Source of the DNA: Antedon mediterranea
Taxonomy: Eukaryota > Animalia > Echinodermata
Length of the DNA: 64,000 bases
Reading direction: 5' to 3'
NCBI RefSeq assembly: GCF_964355755.1
Contig: NC_092673.1
Location: 6,696,001 to 6,760,000 of the forward strand
A program made the position numbers and the translations under genes. The notes under the pieces are model-generated. The model worked only from the letters and a program-made list of their open reading frames with translations. It was not told where the DNA came from and ran no database searches. Each line of letters starts with the position of its first letter. The stretch's first letter is position 1. This document shows positions 23,941-36,880 of this stretch, one piece after another.

Positions 23941-26366
23941 TAATATAATTATATATATATATATATATATTAATATATTATATTTTATGTGCGGGTATGT
24001 TTTAGCATGGACAGCAAAACAAATGTCTGCAACTACCCCTACTGTTTATTATTATTCGTTTTAATTATCAATAACTAATTATAAGTCAACGTAATTAGTA
24101 GACTGAATTGCATTAGGAGGTAAAAGTATTTACCTAAGTATGAGACAATTTGAGATTCAAGCTATATGCAAGATTTACTCAAATTTGCCCTTACGTAATA
24201 TTTATAGATACAATGTAAATATTATGATTGTAATATGCAATATAAATCATAAAATAATATTTAATATTAAATAATAATAGCAACATAATTTATCTAAATT
24301 GGATGAATAAAAATAGTAGGCTAAATTTCCACTGGCAATAATGGTTTTCATCCACGTCACAGATATCAGAAAGCATGTAAACAAATTAATTATATCGATA
24401 AACAAATTAATTAATTAAAGATTAATTTCATATAATTATATAGTAATTGTATAGATAATTGCTTTATTTAATGTTGTTCAGTACATTAGGATTTTCAACA
24501 TTTTTTTTGACAGTTATAGCGATACTTCATTCAGTATTGGTTATAAAAGCGTTCTTAAAATAATGTAATCAAATTAGGCAAAATTGTAAGTTAAATAGTT
24601 TATGATCTCTTATCAAAAAAGAAGAATTAATTACAATAAAAATAAATATACGTTTGTAATATTTGTCGAGAATGCATATTGCGTGCCTTTTGGTATAGAG
24701 GCAGTGTCGTAGTTGTCAGGTTTTCATTCGAAATACATACAATTTCGAGCTAAAAGCACTCAAATATCGATTAATTTTCTACAAGTTGATGTCTGTATTG
24801 ACTGATGACAATGGCTTTTACATCATAATGTATATATTCCATTTCCCTGTAAATTCGAGGATAAATGTAAATATAAAAGAAAAAATATGTCAGTAGAAAC
24901 TCGAATTGGATTTCAAAGAACAAACATTTTTTTTTCTGAAAATAATATATATAATAATAATAATGAATAAACAACAACGGTGTTGATTGATTGGCATCAT
25001 ACACACACATACGAAAGCAGGGTAAAAATACAACAAATTAAAATTGATTTCTTTAGAAAAGCACAAACAGATAGGAATAGAACACAAACATTAAACACAC
25101 AAAAATACAAAATTTAAAAAAAACAACGGATATATTTTAATAAATTGATAATTGTGGACCATTTTAAAAGTTTAATATAACCGTAATGTAGATATAGGTT
25201 TCATAATGTTATTATAGTGTTAACATTCGTGTGATGTTTTGAGGTTGTTTTACTTGCATTACGATGCTTGTTGAATGGTAGCAGACACAGTCTCTATATA
25301 TCGAACCAGTGACAGGGGTAACATGTATTAAAAGTACTAAATTATTATACAGAATCCTATCTAGCTGACTGTCAATTGTCAGTTATCATCTACCTAATGA
25401 CGTGGTTAAGGTGAGGGACAATAAGATTAGATTAGATTAGATATAAATGTAAAGAAAATAATTTTAAATATTGGCAGCTCACTATGGTACTAAAAAACAG
25501 GTTATCTGTAAGAGACGCACCAAAATGAAGGTACGTATGTGCATAATCACGGATGATCGTATTTTGATTGGTTAAATTACTTACATTGCGTTGTACACTA
25601 TCCTTCTGGATTGGGGACCAGGGAAGTGTCATTTCTTCAGTGTGAGTGTCCAACTTTAGTACACTTACAATGCAACCCTAGCCAATCCAATTGGCCTTTT
25701 CATCAGATAACATTAAAGTATAATTGCAATCGCTATACAAAATAATTTAAAACAACTATAAAAAAAAGATTGTAAAAACATGTATATATACACATTCATT
25801 ATGGCGATAATTTGCTTAATTTTTATTTCATACCATTATCGCATACAAAGTTTTGATCGTGAATATTTCAACAGCAGTTCAGTAAAACTTTTAAAATAAA
25901 TGAAACAACGTTGATATAGGCGATATTTCATGTAATGAAATAACAGAGGTCAGGATAAGCGTCTATACTACAGACTTATCTTGTTGAATATTTATGTACG
26001 CGCACGTTTTTATTATATTTTATGGTATTAGGAATATTTGAATATTATATTTCAGTCGGCGTTTATATTGTAGACATTTAACTTTATTCCCCGTCCTACT
26101 TCCCATCTCATCTACTAGAACTAATTTTAAATATAATTACAATTTACCTTTGAAACTATCAATCTTTTATACATAATACATAAAATTGCCATCTTAATAT
26201 ACATTAAACAAATCAATAACCTAATATAATGTTACAATGAATAAAGTAAATTACTAAAATCAATTATCAACTTAACAAGAAAGCAAATCAATTTAAGAAA
26301 GGGTAATGCATCAGTAAAATATATAAAAACTCATACAAAAGGACGCATATGTGACGCGATATTAAC

Positions 26367-28331
26367 TAGATAATTGTTGTACACGCGCGTCAGTAAGCTG
26401 ATAATGATTGAAAGTACTGTGTACGAGCGCGTTCAAAAACTGATAATGTTACGTAATATATACGCGCGCGTTTCAAAGCTGATAATAAGTTAATGACTGT
26501 GTACACATGCTGATTGTAATGGATTGTATACGCGCGCGTTTACAATCTGAGCATAAATATTGTATCGTATTGTGTACGCGCGGGTCAACTGTGCAATTTA
26601 AATTATAAAATACATTCAATACCGTAATAATGTTATTTTGATGTTGTTATATTGATTAAATAAATGTCTTAAAAATTGAATTCAGTTACGCACGTGCGTT
26701 TTAAAAAATGTTTAAATTGCCTAATTAAAAGAATGGTAAATATTATATATATTCGTTTAAAAAAAAACAAGCAATTACATTTCTGGATATGAATAATTAT
26801 TATATTCGGAAATAACAAAATATTCTTGGTAAATAAGAACAAAATTGTAAGCAAATACTTATTATTCATACTTATTCTTTTTTTGTAAAAATAAGAAATT
26901 TAGTAGTTATGAAGAAATGAATTTAATTTGTTTGATATTTTAATTATAAAAATTACATTAATTTTTTCTTTACAAGCGATTTTTTGTTGGCATTACCATT
27001 TCTATAATAAAAAAATATAAGAATGCCATTCTTAGTAGTTTTACGGCTTTTCTTGCTTTTTTTCCAAAATTGTTTTAAATATTAAAATATTTTAATAATA
27101 TATTGAAATGCTTTGTAATGAACGAGTAAGTCTAAAAATCTCACTTCGAGGCCTATTAGTAATACATTAACTTTCTAGCGATGATTTTGCGCCATTTACA
27201 ATGTTAATGTCATTGTAATGAAAACATTGTCATTGTCATTGTGTTTTATCATGGTTTTTATATACTGTTATATACATTGTTATGTTTATTGATTATTTGC
27301 CTGCCACTTTTGTAAAATAGATACAATTTTTCTGATAAACTACGGTCAAGTCGACAAGCTAGATTAATCTAGTCTACACTGTATATCATTGTTTGTATCA
27401 ATTGTTTTCTAGTTTCGATTTTTCAGATTCTCCCAAACTTGAAATCTCTTTAAAATGTCATGCAATAATTGTAAACGATTATTCAGGCTTCTGACTATAT
27501 TAATCATTTTTGAATGGAATAATTTTGTTTTTATTGTCTACGGTGATACGTTTGTAATCTGTGTTATTGTCTCGCGTATTTTTAATCTTCTTACGTAGAT
27601 TTTTTTTCCTATTTTGGTTATAAATTTATGGATATGATTTTGTCAATGATTGTTCTTATTATTTATTTATTATAAATGTCACGATTTATTATTAGTACAT
27701 GCATAATACGTTGTTATGCGTATTTCTCTTTTTTCAAAGCAAACTTATACCATTGTAGATGAAAATTTTTATTCCAGTATAGTAATGTTATTTATTATCT
27801 TATAATAGTGGCCTAAACCATAAGATTTAATTGGAAATCATTTGTGTGTGTTTGTTGAGAAGTATATTTTTTTTTATGGCGGGGTGGGGGGAGGGGAGAG
27901 GTTCGAGTTTCACTCTTTCAAACAGTAATTTACAGTATAGGCCTATTAATAAAAGTATCATAGCTAACACAAATAGGATTTTAAATGTGCATTATTTAAG
28001 TATAATTTATTAAGAAAAATGTAATGTATTATTATATATCCCTTTCATTTCGTTAGCGGCACCATTAAGACACACAATTCACGCGCGCATACAAAAAACT
28101 GTACATATTTCATCGTTGTTTGACCGCGGGCGTGCAAATAATTAACAATCATCATCGTCTGAACGCGTGCGTACAAAAGTTCTTCAAATTTCGCCAGAAC
28201 ACATCCGTCTAAGCTGTACATATTTCATCATTTTTTTTAACGCGAGCGCACAAAAAATTACAATCTTCCTCGTCTGAACGAGCGCATACAAAAAACACAG
28301 TTACTTTGTAATATTTGCGCGTGTCAATTAT
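26367..28331. mobile_element. Old, about 2-kb TIR element with inverted subterminal ACGCGCG-motif arrays
   Basis: Left array of TGTACGCGCGCGTTCA-like motifs (26378-26590) mirrored by TGAACGCGCGCGTACA-like motifs (28078-28325); outer ATAATTG..ACACGCGC / GCGCGTGTCAATTAT. Confidence 0.5.
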
Positions 28332-28660
28332 TGTGTGTATATGTTGTGCAACTGAAAATGAGTACACAAAGAATGTTTTCTTTATAAAACAAAGGCGTTT
28401 CAAAGTATTTATAAATGGCAATATTTACATAAAAGTTAGAATCCAATAAATCAAAAATATAATGAGACTTTCGGCGCCCTTCGGTCGAACCCTATATGTT
28501 ACGATCGTCGGATGAGGAATGATAGACGGTTATTTTCCGTGATTTTATTCTTATCGTTTTTAGAGCTGCGTGTACACGACTAAATTTGAATATTTTATGC
28601 TTACAATATCTTATCTTAAGATTTATTAAATGCTAAATTCAAAGACACCTACAATACAAT

Positions 28661-28663
<3 letters not shown>

Positions 28664-28700
<37 letters not shown>

Positions 28701-28704
28701 AACA

Positions 28705-28747
<43 letters not shown>
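28664..28747. repeat. Two (TA)n microsatellites
   Basis: Pure TA runs separated by caaacacatc. Confidence 0.95.
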
Positions 28748-28750
<3 letters not shown>

Positions 28751-29131
28751 AAAATTATATTATTTTTTTTAATGCTATAAATAAAGTTTCTCAATCAATT
28801 TTGTAAACAAAAAATGTAAAGTTAAAATTATTTTGTTATAGCTTATAGTATATTAATATTAGGAAGCAAGACGTCATATTTAGGTGTCAAAGACCAATAT
28901 AATAATTTTAATAAAATCTCATTATCAAGGCCAATCAAGGTATGTCTAAAATAGTGCATCTAACCAATGATGAGATCATTTTATTGCTATTTTTCACCTT
29001 ATTAACCTGATTAATTTACCACTTTTGTACGCGCCTAGCTCTTTTGTAGGCCTACATTTTGGCTAAGTATCCAGGAATTGTACTATAGTGGAGGGTGTTG
29101 AAAACAAACTGAAACCAAATAAGTCTCAAAT

Positions 29132-29282
29132 CTAGTGTTGCCGAAAGCTCTGCTAACTTTTCTGGCTGTTTTACTTTATCGTTTTGATTTAACTTTTCGC
29201 TTTTTTTTGTATCTCCATTGAGATCCAGCCACTGATTCCCACAGCATTGTCATTTTTGAAGTAATTTGCCTTTGGATTTATT
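29132..29282 (+). mobile_element. Penelope-like pLTR fragment, copy 2 (hammerhead truncated in loop II)
   Basis: CTAGTGTTGCCGAAAGCTCTGCTAACTTTTCTGGCTG...GCCTTTGGATTTA; reverse complement of about 23767-23919. Confidence 0.75.
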
Positions 29283-32200
29283 ATTAATAACATTATTGTT
29301 TTAAACCTGTTATTATTATGTATAATGCCTAATCTGATATTTAAATTTAATAATCTCGGTCGGTGTATTATGTCAATTGTTGATTAAAATAGATTGAAAT
29401 GTATTTTTTATAATAATCAATTAACCTTACTAATTTGATTACAATATGTGCATATCTTAAGATATCTTAAAATAATCCATTATATATGCTTACTAAAGTC
29501 ATATTTTTTGCTGTAGTTTTATGTCTTGTGATGCGACTTTTCTGTACAACACAATGACAATATTTTTATCATCAATTACTTCTCCACACAATGCAATGCA
29601 TACCAACATTCTAATTGCATTCTAATGATACCGTGCTTTTAAAAACAAACAATAACCAAACCAACTATAGTAGTTATCGGCCTTGATCGTCTTACTATCC
29701 AAGAAAATAAAAGGTTGTATTCTTTGTTCAAGCGCCATGAGTAGAAATTAACGAACTCTGTTCTTTTTGCATCTCGTGAGCAATAGTTACGCGACCTGTT
29801 GAGAAAGATGAAGGCCTGAAGAAAATACGAAAGTAACTAGTCGAAATATTCATTAGTTATTACTACCGCCTAAGGGTTTAATCTTGCTAACGGTATATAA
29901 TACATACATAGATCTGTCTTAAGAGGATGATAGGTAATCAGTTGCCTCATATCATCCTATCATATAATAACCAGCCAATGGAAAGTCCCCGGAATCAAGA
30001 TGTTCCTATTATAAACAAAAATTCAACGCCGTTCTTTGGCCTAGTAGAAAAAATCTTTCGACTTAAGTTTTAGCGATTTATGCATTTTAAATACTTACGC
30101 ATCAGCGTAAAAGGGCTTTTTATAATCGGTACAGACTCGAATAATGGGAATTTTGGTTAATAAATTATAAATAGTCTAATTCGTATTGCTATATCTTCAA
30201 ATATAATATAACAGTTTTAATATATAAATTCTGCAAAAATTAAAATAACTCAACTTACACAATAATATTTTAGCTAGTATAAACATGTTTAACAATTGAA
30301 AATTTACATGTGGCCTATGATCCGCGAACATTATATAAATACATCAGATCAGAAATAATGAATATTATACTAATATGTAATAATTATGTAATATCATGTC
30401 ATAATTAGAATGACCCCAACCGAGAACATACATTTATTATATAGACTTTTCTTTTATTATACAGTAAAATATATATACCACGTGAACGTATAATTACAAT
30501 ATCTTGAAGCCATCAGACAAATTACAATGCAATATCATAATGTTATAGTTATCTTATAAAATTACTGTTATTTAAAAATAATGTCTATCAGGCCTATACT
30601 GTTATTATGCTCTATTATTGTTATTATTTTCATATTTGCATTTTATATAATATTTAGTTCATTATTTCTACCTTTATTGTAATTCAATATCCGTTTAAAA
30701 TGCCATTGATCTCCAAATGCAGTAAATATTATAAAATTAATATCACGTGATATTGTAAAATGAAATTAATGTGTTTTTTAGATTGGTCTTATCCAAGAAG
30801 AGTAACATTACACATATTAACTGGTTTTATGTAAACTAAATTGTGGTTATTTCAATATTATGTATCTTTAATATTCCACATAATATATATATATACATAT
30901 ATATTTCAAAATTTAATAATTTTATTTTCTTTTTTTCCTTATATTAGAAAAAAATATAAATAATACATTTATATTAATATACGTTTAATTTATAATCACA
31001 ATATTATGAGATTAAAATGTTAATTTCATTAACGATGGCATATACAAATTATTATTAATTGAATATTATTCTACGTTTTAATAAATCTGTGAACACAAAA
31101 ATTATAAGAGACAATTATTAAATGAATTATTCATAATTTACCAGTAATAAAGTTATTCTGCTAAATTATGTTCTGAGATTAAAGTAATATATTCCAAGAC
31201 GCCAACATTATTTCTAATCATAGTTTTTTATACTATTTTATGCATAAAACATTATAATTATTACAATGTTTTGCTATCCTTCAATATTTTACTCAGATTA
31301 ATTTTGTTTTAATGAATCCATAATATAACCTTGTCATGACGTCATTCCATCTTGACCAACGAAAAGTAGTTTGAACCTAAAAAATTTTCCAATTAATGTC
31401 TTCATAAAATTTTGTATTAATTATGCAATGAAAACAATTATTAATGATAAGACACAAATGTATTGGTACAAGCACTATTTGTTTTTCAAAACTAGGACTA
31501 AATATAGTTAAACTGTAACTAAATATTACGGTAACTGCATGGAAGGTGATACTATAACATGTGAAATTTGTGACACTGTATTGCATTTTGATACTGTGTG
31601 ATACTCTCCAGTATCGAGTAAAAAAACAATCTTAGTTTAACGAGTAGACACTCTGGAGTTAAAACCTTCAGAAGTTGAAGAAGATTTGTTTCAGAATTTG
31701 TATCGACAAACTGAAAGGGTCGTTTCAAACAAAGGTAAATACAAAGTAGTCATGAAGTGATATTTGGTGAGCAAAATAATACAAGGCTCAGAAAAGTGAA
31801 ATATTCAGCCTGCAGAAGTGAATGTTGGTGACATACCCGAAATTTTAGGCGAAAGACCTATTAAAAAATTCTTTGTGTGTGTTTGTGGCTATACTGTACC
31901 GGTATTTCATTTTACTATAGTTAGCTTTGATGAGATGAATTCTGTTTATTGTTACCAGCAGCATTATATATATATATATATTTATACGAATTTGTGCTTA
32001 TAAATATTTAATTTAAGCCCTAGAAATGATTTCATTTAAAAAAAATAACGTAAAAACGTATTTCAAATTTGTTATCATTCTCAAATCCTTACTAAGTTGA
32101 GTCCGTAATGGTTTAATAATTAATTTATAAACTATCATATTTTATCTTTAATTCACTTTTTTTTTATTTTGTTTGATTGTATAATGTAATGTATGTAATT

Positions 32201-34845
32201 AGAAATGATTTAATTTAATTAAAAAAAAATTCTTGTCAATTTGTAAACCGTTTTTAAATCCCTACTAAGTTTAATGGTTTAATAATTAGTTCATAAAATA
32301 ATTATTAAATCATTGAATTTAGTAAAGATTTAAGAACGGCTTAAACAATTAAAATAAATTAGATTTGTTTTCATTTATTTTAAAATGTTCCGTATATATT
32401 TCACATCATAAACATATCAATATTTATTATGGGTCTATCATTGCTATCCACTGATTACATATTTTGGTAATAGACTAGAAAAAAAAGCTAGAGGTTTGCA
32501 TAAATCTTTTTGACACGACCAAAAACATATATTAATTCATGGCCTATTGAATGTTAATTGTATTTCTTTATATTTGTCAATTAAGTTATTAGATTCACAA
32601 AATTATGTAAACGAAGTAAATCTTTCAAGATTTCTTCGAATATCAAATATTGTTGTTGCATAATATTAATCATAGCTTGGTATTCATCAGTTTCTTTTAA
32701 CATGCAAGATATATTTCTACTCAATAAGGATCTATAAATTAAGATTAAATACTTTGCCTGCTCATGCCTTTGGAATAAGTTAAAGGAAACGTTCTTTTTC
32801 ATAAATCCCTTTCCCAACACCATACATTTAATTGCATCATTATTATTGAATGTTACTTTTTTCTTTATTATTTTTTTGTTAGACATTAGATACATAGCAT
32901 TGTGTAAGAGGAGTCATCTTCGGTATTGATCCATATTAATGGTTTCTTCAAATGTATTATTATTATTTCTCTTACATATCATTATATTATTTGGTTTTTA
33001 GTTCAACTTCATATGAAACCTACTAAAATGAAGAATTTTATAAACTCTGTTAAACAAAACATACTATTTCATTGTTCTTATAACAATTGATAAAAAAAGT
33101 ATCTCTTATTAAAACCGACGATAGTACTCTATTTTATATATAAACTTTGGATAAACACAATTCACATGCAATAAAATGGCCTAATAACTAATGACAAATT
33201 GATGTTACAATCATAATTAAAAAGGATATATAGAAGCTTCAAGTCAATCGTTAATTGACGGCCGTGGGCTAAACAAGTTAATGAAAAAATATTCTCTATT
33301 GTTGGAAATAAATGAAACGATACTAAAGAATAGCTTATATAGTGTACACACCTGGGTGACTAGAGACTACTGTAGAATATTATATTTTATGTCAATATTG
33401 GATAAAACAGATTGAACAAAAACCAGTTTTTGTTTAGTTAACTTTTTATTGCATCGACTTTTTCTACAATGTTATATTGACGTTAATGACTTCCGTAGAA
33501 AAGTGGGCAAGAACATTTGTGTAATGTTGTAACTACACATGGATTTACAAACAAACATTACTTGAATTCTCGGTGTATATCTTTTTAGTAATATTATAAT
33601 TATTAATTTATCAATAAATTACAAATTCAGCAATATGTTCATTAGGCTTATATGTTATTTCTTTAATCACATTGTAGTCTCCATTTTGTCCTTCATTTTC
33701 TTATATTTTTCTCCATAGGCCTAAATAATATTCTGATCAAAAACAGTTTAATTCATTGATAGTCTTTGTATTTATTTTGGTTTTCTTTCTTTTTCTATTT
33801 ATAATTATTTCTTTGTAAATTGTACCGGTTAGAATGTGTATATATTGTGTGAAATTATAAATGGATGTGCACTAAACACACCAGCCTTTCGTATAGTATT
33901 TGACTTAATTACTTAGAAATGACCATCTTGTACCATCTAGTTACTTGTATTTATACAACAAATATTAATTACAAAATAATTTTGAATCGAAGAACTCTTA
34001 AGTAAGTATATGTGATATATGTTAAATCACTACATATACACGGTTTAAAACATTATAGCCTACTGTCAGTTAGAACTGGGCGTATTCAATATTGAAAACA
34101 ACAGGCATAACGTTGCAACTTTAAAGAAAAAGTTATTTCTCAAGAGTTCCACTTTTGACATTTTTTAGTGACTTTTTATTTGTATTTTCGTATAACGGTT
34201 GAGGTTTTAAGTGTGTTTTTAAAACACGTTGATTCTTCAAAGATGTGTATTTGAAAGACTTGCACAGAAGGGGGGAGAGTATACACTAAGCTATAAGCGC
34301 AATATTTCTCATAGTTTGTGATTCACATGCAAATCTGTCAGGAGATCAAAATCGGTTTATGAACGATATTTTCTGCAAAATTTCATTTCTCACAGAAATA
34401 TGAGCGAAATATAAACCCTTATTAGAATACAGCCGCTAGCCGAATCAATACGGATTAATGGATGGCTTTGTTATCCGACTAATCCAATTTAATCCCGATC
34501 ATAACTATATTTTGTGATATTTCACCTGGTTTATCCTTGCACACTTTCTAAAATCGGTTCCCACTGGAACGTATCGCAGGTACGCGAGTGTAAATTATTC
34601 AAGTCATTTTGGGCAATCAACGAACCGTCATTTATTGGCAAGGGCCATTGTTTTTTTAGCGCACCGTCATGTACACAGACGTAAACAAACAAAAAGTTTT
34701 TGCTGTCGATGGCTGAACATCGCCCCTGATAAGTAGATAATGTCCAGTAAAACAAATAAGAGGAAATGTTATGTATGTCTTTATACTTTACGGGTAATTA
34801 CCATTAAGAGAAGATTTGTTGGGTTTCGAATATGTCATTTTGATG

Positions 34846-35103
34846 CACCCGATTCTCGGTACTGTGTTTAGATTTATCCTATTGGCCTATCATAGGAATA
34901 TTTGTGTCTCACACGTATCCTCTATATAGTATCATTATAACCTAACCCTTAACCTAACCCTTAACCCAACCCTTAACCTAACCTTACATGATACAGGCAC
35001 CATATTTAATACAAATTGGATGCATACATTACATTAATCCTATGATACTGGGCAAATATTGTTTGTATGTGGAGATCGGCCTATAGCACTGAGAATTGGG
35101 TTG
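34846..35103. mobile_element. MITE with internal telomere-like (CCTAACCCTTAA)n tract
   Basis: TIR ACCCGATTCTCGGTACT / AGCACTGAGAATTGGGT, inner TATCATAGGA / TCCTATGATA, repeat tract 34938-34985. Confidence 0.65.
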
Positions 35104-35719
35104 ATGACGACACGTTCATAACATTTATCATTAATGCCAGACATATATAAACGCAGGCCCTCCTAAGTTACTTTACTTTATTGCCAACAAAACAACATAA
35201 ACATCATTGACAAAAGATAAAAAGATTTAGTTAAAAGAAACTAATCTATAGCTTAACACCAACTTGCATAAGAAATAGTAAATTATGAAATATTATGCCA
35301 TATAATTTTTTTTTCTAAACGGGATATCTCTTGTTGAAGGAGAAGGTTCGTTCCATAAAATGAAATTCTATTCTATAGTTACCATTGATATACCGAATCC
35401 GGACGTTACTGTAGACCTAATCCGTGTCTACAAATAATAACATGTTTACATTGGTTATTATTAATATTATTATTGAATATTTTTGCAGGCTACTGTCATA
35501 AATGAAATGTTAATAACAGGAAGCCGCAGTATATATATGTGGTTAGGCAAGGTTAAGATATATCCTACATTTTAATTAATTTGAAATTTAAGTCGTATTC
35601 TATGAATCCGAGAATGGAATAAGTTATATATCGCATTACCCTTTTATATTCATTTCCGTATCACTAGCAACTCGTATAATAGATTACTGCACCGTCAACA
35701 CTATCGATACATAGGGTAT

Positions 35720-36880
35720 CACCCACACCCAAAACCATCCATCAATGAATCATAATAAACCATCATGCCATTTTCATCAACTTAGATCATCACCTTAAAA
35801 TCATCAATATCATGATAAATCACCACTATTCAAAATCATCATGAATCACCACCACAACCATTGTAATAAATCACCACCATTATTATAAATCACCACCATT
35901 TTCTATATCAACACCATTATCTATATCAACACCATTATCATACATCAACACCAATATCATAAATCACCACATAAATCACCACCAATACCATAAATCACCA
36001 CCAATATCATAAATTACCACCACAACCATTATCACAAATCACCACCATTATCACAAATCACCACCATTATCATAAATTATCACCACAACCATTATCACAA
36101 ATCACCACCATTATCATAAATTACCACCACAACCATTATCATAAATCACCACCATTATCTTAAATGACCACCACAACCATTATCATAAATCACCACCACA
36201 ACCATTGTCATAAATCAGCACCGATATCATACATCACCACAACCATTACCATAAACCACCATTATCACTACCATTATCATAAATCACCACCACAAACCAT
36301 TATCATAAATCACCGCCATTATCTTAAATGACCACCATTATCACTACCATTATCATAAATCACCACCACAAACCATTATCATAAATCACCACCATTATCT
36401 TAAATGACCACCATTATTACTACCATTATCATAAATCAATACTTACAACCATAATCAGAAATGACCATCATTTCATAAATCACCACCACCACAACCATTA
36501 TCATAAATCACCACCATTATCACAAATCACCACCATTATCATAAATTACCACCACAACCATTATCATAAATCACCACCATTATCACAAATCACCACCATT
36601 ATCATAAATTACCACCACAACCAATATCATAAGTCACAACCATTATCATAAATCACCATTATCATAAATCACCACCATTATCTTAAATGACCACCACAAC
36701 CATTATCATAAATCACCACCACAACCATTGTCATAAGTCAGCACCGATATCATACATCACTACAACCATTATTATAAATCAACACCATTATCATAAATCA
36801 CCACCAATTATCATAAATCACCACCATTATCATAAATTACCACCACAACCATTATCATAAATCATCACTTACAACCATGA
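35720..36880. repeat. Complex CAC/CAT-rich minisatellite (ATCATAAATCACCACCATT core)
   Basis: About 1.15 kb of variant short units, almost devoid of G on the + strand. Confidence 0.95.

Noticed and set aside
32581-32895. 104-aa minus-strand ORF
   Set aside because: Very AT-rich, no recognisable motif or supporting splice structure; cannot be distinguished from chance
34938-34985. Interstitial telomere or fusion site
   Set aside because: Only about 4 units of a 12-bp variant, enclosed by MITE TIRs
35720-36880. His/Thr/Ile-rich coding repeat
   Set aside because: Low-complexity array with frequent indels, no splice signals and no ORF in the track
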